The notes below the pieces were generated by a model. The model made no database searches. It was given only the letters and a program-made list of their open reading frames with translations, and was not told where the DNA came from. Of a stretch of DNA of 63,743 nucleotides, positions 11,901-21,546 are shown one piece after another (the stretch's first letter is position 1; every line of letters starts with the position of its first letter). Both the position numbers and the translations under genes were made by a program. Source of the DNA: Amoebophrya sp. A120 (taxonomy: Eukaryota > Protista > Dinoflagellata); NCBI GenBank assembly GCA_905178155.1, contig CAJINV010000005.1, positions 5,793,754 through 5,857,496 on the forward strand. The letters are read 5' to 3'.

Positions 11901-13777
11901 CGTTTGGCATCATGTAATTGTTCCCGTAGTGTCATTTTGAGTCAGAAGTTTCTTGTCAGCCCAAAATATACCAATAATAGCCGCGTCCGCGGGGGTAGTG
12001 AGGTCATGGCGGTTTTTTTGTCTTCACGCCAAAAAATGGCACGAATTCTCTGCCCACCATGCCATCGTGAGTAATGTTATGCGCGACGGCACGGCGGTCG
12101 CTAAAAATGTCGGCCCAGAACAGGCCGCCACTTGGTTTCGAATCGAAAAACCTTCACCGCATGCTATGGCCACGCAAGGGCCCCCGCAAGGGTCGGCCCC
12201 TTGGGAGCCCCAAATCGGGCCCATAGCATGCGGATTGGCTTTTTCCTTTTGGCGGACTTTGTTTTTTTGTTTTCTTTTTGGCAAAATGCCGCATCTCCTG
12301 GCCTTCAGTCCGCCTCTGAAATGGCGGATTTTGGTGGCCTCTTTTGCGCGGCCCGAATGTGGGCCAAAATGAGGCCCATACTATGCGGATTCGCTGTTTT
12401 TTTCGGAGTGCTGCTTTTTGGGCGCCCCCTTTTGGGCGCCCCAAATCGCCAGAAACTAAGGCGGTGGGCGCCTCAGAAGGGCGCCCCTTTTGCCGGCTCC
12501 CCTGCGTCGTTTTATCAAGCGGAAATCGATAGTTTTCGACCGGGCTTGTTTGACGGCAAAGCCCCGGCTGCTTGATAATTGAAAATTTTTTATATCCAAA
12601 AACACTTCCGCCCGCTTGGTAACTGCCGGTCGTTTTGCGTGCTGCATGTCAAAAAAACCGCTAGGATAGAACGTTCGTGACCTCACTACATACCAAAGAG
12701 CAAGAGCTGCAATATTTCTCGTAGGAGTTGTGAAAAATGAAAATCCAAATATACCTGGTCGACCGTGCCACTGGCAGCATGCAGTGCCTGGCTCAGAATC
12801 TGCCCCCCGAAAATGTGCGCCCCGTTTGGCGGCGTTTTCAGGTTTTCCTTTCGCGCGCGGAAATAATAGGTTTGTCGCACGTTTTGTCCCTCGGCGGGGG
12901 ACAACTCGATGGAAGATCGCAGGAGTTGCTGCGTGCTCTCCGCGCTGTCGGGCTCCGGGTCCCGAAAACTCCCAATGGGTGCGAAGCCGTCGCGAGGCAG
13001 CCGGGATTTTTTGGGTTTTGCTGCTGCAGCATCTTTACTGCTAGTAGATGCGGAGGCTGTAGAGGGAGATGTAGAGTTGCTGCTAGTTGTTATTTTCTTC
13101 GAAGATGCGCTACTGCTCGTATCATCGCCATCTTCTTCTTGGGCTGCTGCATTCAGGCCGGGGGCGCAACCACCACTCGCCGCTGGTGGTGGTGCACCGG
13201 GTCCACCACCTGAATTTAGAGGAGCTGCTGGACAAGCTGCATTACTAGTTGAAGTAGTCCTTGAGGAAGTGTTGCAGGCGGCGCTTTGTGCACCAGGAAC
13301 TTCGATGGTGCCACTACAACTTCCGACGGCCCCTGTAGTCTTCCCATTGAAGGTGGCTGAGCTAGAACTTCTTTGCTGTAATAGTGAAGCAGAAGGTGGA
13401 GGCGCTGCTGCACCAGTGCAAGCACTGCAAGCACTACTCCGTCCTACTGCTCCAGGGGCTGCTCCCTGGCCCGGCGTTCCTCCGCTGCAAGAACTGTCGG
13501 GCGCGGCGTTATCGGGGCTATTTCTCCTGTCACTGGAGGTTCTTTTGGAACGATAGGCGGAGGGCGTCATATCCAGGGCGGTCTGGCTGTCCCGCGGGTA
13601 ATCGGCCAAATCGGTTTCCAAGTCGCGACCGGAAGAGGCGGTGGGCGGGAGATGCTGAGGCGGTGCACTTTTGTTGATTTTTTTCACGCTCGTCGTGCTC
13701 CTGCTTGAGTCCTTGCATGTGGGAGGCCGGTTCCCACCTCCGCTTCCGGTGCTGAAAGACGCCATATTTTCAAGCAA
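8912..13777 (-). CDS. tesB: Acyl-CoA thioesterase II (TesB/ACOT8-like), ~906 aa, 7 exons
   Basis: Motifs in order: HIFGGQILSQAL, HSLHAYFL..G, IRDGRSFSTR, PLDIRPV, HQSVLAHMTD, SLDHALWFH, ADEWLLF, ARAMVRGQVY..LIASLAQE; one GT-AG intron (11828-12754) and five introners, all joining in frame (2721 nt). Confidence 0.9.
9316..9606. mobile_element. Introner (aged, TATCCTG..CAGGATA ends) in tesB
   Basis: TSD GCAGC; excision gives EWLLFDCSCYSIGNARAMVRG. Confidence 0.85.
9832..9962. mobile_element. Introner family A in tesB
   Basis: TIRs; TSD ACTCT/ATTCT; excision gives RTRR-VKNMVSLDH. Confidence 0.88.
10182..10490. mobile_element. Introner family H in tesB
   Basis: ~50-bp imperfect TIR (..GAAATCATCAAAGTGAAAATAATTTG); TSD CGAAC/CAAAC; frame restored (LVWF-VKTK); related to 54350-54635. 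Confidence 0.87.
10553..10700. mobile_element. Introner family A in tesB
   Basis: TIRs; TSD GGATC; frame restored (IRPVTIL-SDDWP). Confidence 0.92.
11381..11694. mobile_element. Introner family C (TIR ..GAAAAATCCCCCCACCCCATAT) in tesB
   Basis: TSD CCTTC; frame restored (DALQK-GRVIFSC); can be spliced GT-AG. Confidence 0.92.
11995..12689. mobile_element. GC-rich MITE-like insertion inside the canonical tesB intron
   Basis: GTAGTGAGGTCA / TGACCTCACTAC and GCGGTTTTTTTG / CAAAAAAACCGC inverted pairs; internal repeats GGCCCATA.YATGCGGATT. Confidence 0.45.
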
Positions 13778-15014
13778 AAGGTGTACTTGGTCTAATATCG
13801 TGCTCAGAGAGCAGAAGAATTTTTCATGTTGCGTACAAGTAACACATCTTCTTGTTTTTCAGATTCGTTTACTGATACTTCATCTGTGTGGTAGCACCGA
13901 AGAAAAACTTCCGTAGCATCAGGAGGGCCCTGCTGTTGTTGTAAACGGATCATAGGTTCATTTTTGAGAGGACACACTTTCGCAGCACACTGCTGGTCGT
14001 TCCGACAGCACCAAAATGCTGTTCACATTGCTCCACCACGTGCGAAAAAAGACTTGCTCATGGACGTGATCCGTCCTACCCCCTCTTTTCCTCACCACGA
14101 TAGGTCCGTAAAAAAAACGCACAATGTTGATCTTGATTGTAGCAGGACAGCCACAACAAAAACTCGTGTACGAAAAACTTCCCGCCTGACAATTACTCTA
14201 GCTTTTTAATATTAGCCACGTTAGATACGCTCTTCTTGCTCTTGGGTTCAGGGCCGTCCGTCGACGACGAAAAAAAGACGTAGCTGTAAGTAGAGGGCTT
14301 TGCACAACTATTACAAAGCCCGATCTTTTTCACAGACAGCCGTGACGCGACGAGTGAACAAGACCACGAGTGTCCAATACAGAGCACTTATAGGAAAAAA
14401 AGTCTGAGTTTGTTTTTTTACGTCAGTCTTCACAACCAGACTGAAAAAAGCAAAACGAAAATCGTGAAGGGAATCTTTGGACGTCGAGTATATTTGTTTC
14501 ATAACACGACTGGGTGGACGTCGACGACCTTGTTACTTACCGCTTTTTCAGATGGTCAGAAGACCGCACGAGGTCGGTCACCACCTTATGAGGTGATGGT
14601 GCTCCTTCTCGTTACCTACATATCGCAGGAGCACGGAACAACTTTTTTTCCCGCTGCCTTGCTGGAAGCGCAAGCACTGCCAGACGCTCGTGTTTGGTTG
14701 ATCATGGTTTTTATTTGCAGCGGACCACGCTATGCATAAAAGTCGTGCTATTTATGGAAGAGGCTCTTCACTGTTTTTGTTGATGTAAAAAGATCTGTGA
14801 CATGCTTATGCTATGTGAAAAAAATTTGTACTTAATATGACTATAATCTATCATTCAGTGTTGAAAAAAAAATAGTGTGTCAGTTTTTACCTCTGAGGAT
14901 AAAAAGTAATATAATGCAAAAAACTATAGGGCCTTGATTAACTCTTCACTTGCTTATTTCAATGACATTCTAGGCTAGTAGCTTCGAGCTATACTATAAT
15001 CAGCTATACATACT

Positions 15015-16463
15015 TCAATATGAATTGGCTCCAAGGTACATCATAGCCAAGGCCTAAGAGCCTTTGTCAAGGGCGCGGCCCATGCGAGATCCCCAGAAAC
15101 AATCAACTTGCCCCGCATCGTCAAGGCCCTCGCAAAAGAAACCAAGGCCGGCACACACGGTGATGGGCCCGCTATCAAAAACCGGCAGCCTTCGCAGACG
15201 AAATCGCATGCCGCCAGGCAGGACGCGGTCGAAGGGGGCGGGCAGGCTACTGCCGGCGCGCCGCGCCAAAAAGCTGAAGCAGCGGCGCCACTTTTCTAAA
15301 AGTCCCGGCCCGGGGCCTCCGAGAATTCTTGGGATTCTGCGAAGAAAAGTCCTCCCGCGAGACCCCTAAAGCGGGTTTTTTCCGGAACCCTCGTAGCATC
15401 GGGGGAAGCTTCCAAGAGTGGTGTTTTTGGCTACCCCTCCCGGAGGGTCCTCAGAAAGGCTCCCGCAAGGGAAGAGATTTTCCGTCTTAGAAGCTCGGGA
15501 TCCATATTTCCATAGGGGAGCGGGCTTTCCCCGCCTGCTTTCGGGCGATGCTGCCAGGGGGCCAAAGACCTGCCCGCGGTAGAGGAAGGCAGCGACAGGC
15601 GCAGGCCGCCGGCGCCTGACCCTAATTTGCCATGTCCAATGCGCCCGCCCCCTTCAGTTTGTTTTGGGTATATCATGGCGCAAAGCGATACAGCCTTGAA
15701 AACCTTTCACAGCAAGCACAATGCCGCCAAGTTTCACCGATGGGGCCGCTTGCCCAAAGGCTTCGCGAAATAGTGCCGTGCCGCATGTGGTTGCGCTATT
15801 GAAGCCTAGCCCGCTTGGTTAAGTGCCCACTGCCGATGCAAAAACAGGAGAGCGCTGCGCAGAAGCGAAAAACCTGGCAGGGGTGGCTGGGGCAGAACTT
15901 GGGGGGAAGGCGGGGGTGGTGCTTTTTGCAGCAGCGAGGAGGTGGCGGGGTGAAAAAAGCAGTCCGGGGACTGTGTCTGCCACGCATTTTCTGTCAAGAA
16001 GGCTTCGTGGAACATGTCGGACGAAAGGCGGAGCAACGTCGTGAATGTGGCCCATGGCCAGACCCCCAATGTCTTCTGCCTCGTCGACGAGCTCGGGGTC
16101 TCCACCTACAACAGCCCCGTCGCACATTGGGAGGGCAAGAAGCTGTTGGACGCCCCTCGGCTTCTCTTGGGGGGCGCAATTACCTCCGAGACGAAGAGGC
16201 GTTTGCCAGAGATTCAAAAATTACCCGGGTCCGTGACCACTCCGGAAGCTGCCAGCCCCGGTAGTGGCCTGCCTCCTTAAGTTGCTAAATTACGCTGCGC
16301 ACGACCCACTGCCCCATAGGCGCATGACAGATTTCACATAATCAAAGACAACAGGGTGTGGGATACGCGCGGAGACCCTGAAATTTTTTGGACTACTTGG
16401 AAAATCCGTAGTTAGAATGGCCATATCAATATGAATACGGCTACAAGGTACATCATAGCCAAG
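15015..16463. mobile_element. GC-rich segment bounded by a ~38-bp imperfect direct repeat
   Basis: TCAATATGAAT..GGCT.CAAGGTACATCATAGCCAAG at 15015-15051 and 16426-16463; sharp composition shift. Confidence 0.5.
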
Positions 16464-16684
16464 AGCAATCTGTTCGCTCTCAAATGACATCTGGATCTCC
16501 TCGCTTTCATCTCGTCTCAATAAATAGCAAATGCAATTAAATAAATGCGGAAATTTAATGACAGGAAACTTCTCGTTTCTGACGCTATATCTTCTCACTT
16601 TATTCTCGGGTAAACAAAATAAATTGGCTCTTCATTCATATCGTGGTCGTGCTAGTAGTATCATTTTCATTCCATATTTTTAGA

Positions 16685-17916
16685 TCAAGCTGTGTTGTTT
16701 GTGTTGTCACTGCTGGCAGCCAACGAAATTTCGAGACAAACCGGATCGCCTTCGCGGTACGGAGTTTGTTGTTCTCTAGAGCGCAGTATCAAATGCAAAA
16801 GCGTCTGGGTCTGGAAGAATGCATGTTTGTCATGCTTGTCTGGCATGAATCTTTGAAATCTGTCATGCACGTTACCCAAGAGCTCCATTTTTCTGTGATG
16901 CAGAAACGCAGTTTGTCATGCAGAATAGGCAACACCTAGAAGCTCAGAAACTTGTCATGCTAAGCCAGCACTTGTGGCCTCATCATGAGACGCCACCCAG
17001 CATCACAAGTTTCCAGACCCAGACATTTTTACATTTGATACGCAGGACAGACTTCGTTCTTGTGCAGCCGGACGAGAACCTCTGCTTTTTCTGGTTCTCT
17101 GTGTCCCCGAAGAACCAAACGCTGCCGCTCAATGCGACCTCCACGAATCTTTGGATATCCACTGCAAAAGAATCGTACTCGTAGTAATTGCAAACATGCA
17201 TTACAAATCTTATTCTCTTAAGGTAGATCAGCATTACAAATTTGATCTCTCACGCTGAGGAAAAAATTTGTAATGCATTTATACGAGTGCGATACTTTTG
17301 CAGTTCATATTGCAGGCCCGCTCGCAACGGGTTCAGCAGGACGCCGTTATTTGTCACGTGACTGATTTCCTGTGCAAAAGTATCGTACTCGTACTAATTG
17401 CGTTTATGCATTACAAGTCGTGTTTGTTAAGGCAAATCCGCATTACAAATTTAAAGTTGTAATGCTAAGTCCATTTGTAATGCAATTTATACTAGTACGA
17501 TTATACCTTTGCAGTTCATAACTGCTCGTTGAAAACAATAGCGAGGCTTTGCTGTATTGTCTCGCCGTGGAAAGAATGACTTTGTCACGGAGGCTACTCG
17601 TCGAAGTTGTAACAATAGAAGAAGATGAACTGCTGTTCACCGAGGAGAGCACACGATCTCCCACCTCCAATTCGATCAGCTTATACCGCCACTGATAAAT
17701 GGTTTCATCCAGAATCTTGTCGTAGCAAGAGGTGTTTGACGTGTTGCTACTCGATAAAGTCGCTGCTGTCTTGGTCTTGCTCCCGGTCGCAGCTGCTCCC
17801 GTCGTCGTTTCTGGTTTAGAAGCAGTTGTCTCGTCGCTGGCCTGTATTTCGTTTGTAGTGGTGCTTCGCTCGTGTTCTTGTTCTGCTTCCCAGGCGGCTC
17901 CGCGTTGACTGTCCAC
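16685..17916 (-). CDS. Hypothetical protein (~217 aa or longer) with three introners
   Basis: Joins FSTSS-HVTNNGVLLNPLRAGLQ-RFVEVAL..KSVL-RSREQQ all in frame. Confidence 0.7.
16787..17040. mobile_element. Introner family B
   Basis: TIR TATCAAATGCAAAAGCGTCTGGGTCTGGAA; TSD CGCAG; near-identical inverted copy at 58896-59147. Confidence 0.93.
17156..17309. mobile_element. Introner family A
   Basis: TIRs; TSD TTGGA/TTGCA. Confidence 0.88.
17366..17520. mobile_element. Introner family A
   Basis: TIRs; TSD ACTGA/ACTGC. Confidence 0.88.
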
Positions 17917-18073
17917 AGATGCAGCAGCATTAGGATCATATCGTGGTCGGGCCGAAATGGTATGAGTTTGGAAAACCTGTGATTGTTTTTTTTTTTTTTC
18001 GCTTCTGGAGTTGTAGAGTACTATCTATGGAGTGCAGCATTCATTCAAAGGAGGCACAAGAAGAATGAACTCT

Positions 18074-18637
18074 TCACAGGAGCATGCAAGTAGTAATTGA
18101 TTCATGATGACACCGAGACTCTAGTTGTATATCGATTTTGGCGTAGTGTATGGATTTTATTTTTGATGCGTACTTCATCTTAAATAATAGAAGGTTTACC
18201 TCGGCCTCCAGCCTGTGTGTCGAACTTGCCCAGATCGGAAATCCGTGACGATCCCGACTCTCTTCACACTTGTACACCCCAGAAAGTCGGGCTATCGGCG
18301 TCTTCAACTCGATGGACGCAGCCTGGGGGTAGTTCGTCTTCATGACGCGAGACTCCCGGCCCAGCCGGTTGTTCATGTTCGCGACGACTGGCACAAAGTG
18401 GTGTCCTCGGGGCCTTACATCTCCTCGGGGCGCCTGGCAGCTGAGGCAGCTCGGATCATTTTTTTCTTTCTCGCAGATCGATAGCAAAAAGCTTGGCTTC
18501 GCAAGCGGGTCGACGTTGTCACTCCGGTCTACTTCTTTCAAAATCCGCTCCAGTAAAGTTTTGTGGGGAGAATTAGTAATTTTGCTGTTGTTTTCTGCGG
18601 GAGCACCGGAACGACGTCGAGACCTTGAGTTTGACAA
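18074..18637 (-). CDS. Hypothetical protein exon
   Basis: 187-aa ORF starting at TTG; its 3' part probably runs into an intron. Confidence 0.4.
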   Translation of the reverse strand: MSNSRSRRRSGAPAENNSKITNSPHKTLLERILKEVDRSDNVDPLAKPSFLLSICEKEKNDPSCLSCQAPRGDVRPRGHHFVPVVANMNNRLGRESRVMKTNYPQAASIELKTPIARLSGVYKCEESRDRHGFPIWASSTHRLEAEVNLLLFKMKYASKIKSIHYAKIDIQLESRCHHESITTCMLL

Positions 18638-18866
18638 AGGTTTACTGTTGTTCGGGACGTATCGTGACTAAGAAGAACGAGGCTCACACGAGCGGCCCAG
18701 AGTCATGATGGGCAATTTATTGGCTACACAAGTCCACAAGATTTGGTTGTTTTTGAGCCTGACAATTTGGGATCGTAGTGCAATGTATGGTGATGCTCAG
18801 CAGGTGGTAGCGCAGCCGCATAAAAATCACACATCGACCATCCTGAGCTGAAGCTGCCAGACAGCA

Positions 18867-20021
18867 TTAGAAAAGGAAAACGCCCCTGGCCCTGATGTGG
18901 CTATGCATTAGAAACAAACAGTGTGGGTTGCTGGGTATGCAAATTTGCATAACAAACCTGGACGGAGGTCGCGGGGACGTCGCTTGTATTACACCTGATA
19001 GGACGACCTTATTCCTTACGACGGGCGACTTCTTGGTGTTCGAGGGTAACATCTGCTGCTGGTGCTGGTCCGAACTTCCATGATTCGGCCTCCCCTCGCC
19101 CGCCTTTTGGCTACTTTTACTACGATCTCCAAGCAGCTCGTCGTGTTCTTGCGCTTGTAGTTCCTTGATGGGCGGGGCCTTTTGCAACGGGTCCTGCTGG
19201 GCTGCAACGTCGTTCATCATGTTGTTGGCCTTCGCTAGAGTTTCCTGATACTGTGCTTTTGCTTTGAGGATTTCCTCTTTCATGACTATCCGCATTCTCT
19301 TGTCGTGCGCCGACTCGAGTCGCGGCCCAGGCCCCGGCTGGTGACGAATGAAGCGCTCGCCCCCTTCGCCGGACCAAACCACGACCGAAGCCCCCGGCTT
19401 GGAAATGATTTGGTTTTCTACCTGGCCTGCAGTGCCCAGCGCGACACCAGCCGCCGCTTTCGGTCGTTTGCTAGAGCGAGAAGTATTCCTGCCTGAATGA
19501 TCTGCATGGGGCACTACACCAGCCGGTGATTGTTCTGTTGTAAGTGATTCTTTCACGACGAATGTCACTTTCTTTTTGGCCGCGACCTCCATCGGAGTGG
19601 TCTCCTCGTCAGGGTGGTTTGTGTAGCTATCATCTTCTTGTTGCTCGTCCTCATCTTCATCCGCCTCCAGAAGAAGCTTGTCTATGTCGTCTTGCTCGCA
19701 GCTGTCGAGCGACATCATTCGCGCTTGTTTTTCGCCTTCTTCTTTTATTTTTCCATTTACGGCGACAACCCCTGTAGTTGTTGTTGTTCTTGTTGTGTCA
19801 TTCAGCAACACGGGATATTCTTTGTCTTTCTTTCCCGAAGAAGATGGCAGCTCTTGTAGTTCTACTTGTCGTGGCGGTCCTCGCGGTTCTATTGTTCCTG
19901 CAATAATATCAAGCCGCGGAATGGTCCCCGGCGCAGGGTCCCCCGCGTCAGGACCAGCACCCTGTGCGCACAGTAGCACTGCGATCCACAGAAAAGAAAT
20001 CCCGTACACGTAGACGTACAT
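18867..20021 (-). CDS. Hypothetical low-complexity protein exon
   Basis: 384-aa ORF; both ends probably intronic. Confidence 0.55.
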   Translation of the reverse strand: MYVYVYGISFLWIAVLLCAQGAGPDAGDPAPGTIPRLDIIAGTIEPRGPPRQVELQELPSSSGKKDKEYPVLLNDTTRTTTTTGVVAVNGKIKEEGEKQARMMSLDSCEQDDIDKLLLEADEDEDEQQEDDSYTNHPDEETTPMEVAAKKKVTFVVKESLTTEQSPAGVVPHADHSGRNTSRSSKRPKAAAGVALGTAGQVENQIISKPGASVVVWSGEGGERFIRHQPGPGPRLESAHDKRMRIVMKEEILKAKAQYQETLAKANNMMNDVAAQQDPLQKAPPIKELQAQEHDELLGDRSKSSQKAGEGRPNHGSSDQHQQQMLPSNTKKSPVVRNKVVLSGVIQATSPRPPSRFVMQICIPSNPHCLFLMHSHIRARGVFLF

Positions 20022-20473
20022 AACGTACCAAATACTTGATCACTCCTATTCACACGTCAGCATGACAAATTCATATAGCATTCTCTTCACTTAGGTCGTT
20101 GGCAAAATCGGTGATGCATACATTTCCTGTGAATGATGTGATGTAGATGTTGATGTACGGGTGCTGGAAGTGCAACTTTGTATTGCATAACTGCTTCCAG
20201 CTCAGCCCGTACTTCTCGCACTTCGTCAGACCGCGTCCGCACCTTCGACAGCTCGTTTTCTGCAGGTTCCTATGCATTGCAAGTCAAGTAGTAAGTATCG
20301 CTCCTATCGTACTTCTTGATGCACTTCTACGTACCTGAACAAGTTGCACGATGCATTTTCCCAAAGGTCGGAAAGAGAAAAGTGGAATTTGCCACGCAGG
20401 TGCAGACTTGGGTGAGAAACCAAATCTGCCATGCAAAAACCAAAAACGCAGAAATTTTACTTAAAGTTAAAAA

Positions 20474-21319
20474 TTATATGCAGCTAGAGACTACCACTAC
20501 CACTACTTTTCTTGCAGACGATATTTCCTCCGGTATTTCTGTGGCCGCCCCCGCAGTGCTCCTCCTCCTCCTCCTCGTGCTGGTCGTGTAGTTTATTTTC
20601 TCTGTTGGCGGAAGATTTCTTTCCTTGGGCGGATCTTGCTTCTGAATTTCTTGCTTTTCATTTTCTCGCTCGTTGTGTTGCTCAGCACTTCTCTTACCCG
20701 GGCTGTGGTCAATATTTTGCGACGTCCTCACCAGATGATCTTCTTCTTCCTCCCAGCTACCTGTCTCTAGCAAGTCGTCGTGCAGCAGCTCCAAGTGGGA
20801 TGATGTGACGCTATTCGATGGAAGCGGTAGGTGGAGACTTTTTACTGCAGACAGCCCCGACGTCCTCTCGTGAAAATCTTCACGAAGTAGTAGATCCTTG
20901 AGGTTGGGAACACAAACAGGATCGGGGCGGTTGCTGTTTTCTACTATTGCTACTGGAACAGGAGGCGCAGTTCCTGCTACATCGATTTTGTTGTTGTCTA
21001 TTTCATCACCTCCTGCTGCGTCCCCGTAGTTTTTCAGTTGTGCCTCGACGATTTGCTTCAGTTTTTCGCGCGAAAACGGTGCCGGCATGGTCTTTTTTGG
21101 CATATCCACGACATGACGGGCTGCCGGGAAGAAGTTCTTGACTTGCTCCGCCCCTTCTCCTCTTCTATTTGCCGACTCCGTCGGAGATTCATCTTGATGA
21201 TCATCTTCCTGCGCTCGTGCTGGACCTGCTGCACCTCCAAAAGCCAAAACCTCCTCCACATGCTGCTTTCCCACGAAAATGCTCTTCTTGTATGATGTCG
21301 TCCCTCGCTCGATCTCCAA
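20474..21319 (-). CDS. Hypothetical low-complexity protein exon
   Basis: 281-aa acidic ORF, probably part of a larger multi-exon gene. Confidence 0.55.
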   Translation of the reverse strand: MEIERGTTSYKKSIFVGKQHVEEVLAFGGAAGPARAQEDDHQDESPTESANRRGEGAEQVKNFFPAARHVVDMPKKTMPAPFSREKLKQIVEAQLKNYGDAAGGDEIDNNKIDVAGTAPPVPVAIVENSNRPDPVCVPNLKDLLLREDFHERTSGLSAVKSLHLPLPSNSVTSSHLELLHDDLLETGSWEEEEDHLVRTSQNIDHSPGKRSAEQHNERENEKQEIQKQDPPKERNLPPTEKINYTTSTRRRRRSTAGAATEIPEEISSARKVVVVVVSSCI

Positions 21320-21546
21320 AGCCCGCAGCTGCAGCCGCCGTCGGTACGCGTCGATGTCTTCTGAGTGGTCTTCTTCTTGGTGTTATGCAATACAAATTTC
21401 GATTTAATACCGGCGTCTCCGCGTTCCCAATGCATCACAAAAGTTTGTATTTCCTAGAGCATGCCACTTGTATATCTATCAAGCTTTCTAGGATCTGCGG
21501 GGAAACTTTTTTTATGCAGAGACCGCAGCTTTTTGTTTTTCTTCGT

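Noticed and set aside
12730-13677. Plus-strand ORFs here and similar ones elsewhere
   Set aside because: They are antisense shadows of low-complexity minus-strand exons
8912-13777. tesB as a transposon-disrupted pseudogene
   Set aside because: All motifs are intact, and no stop or frameshift remains after exact removal of the elements
15054-16280. Transposase or other CDS in the GC-rich island
   Set aside because: Only short overlapping ORFs; no DDE, RT or tyrosine-recombinase motif recognisable
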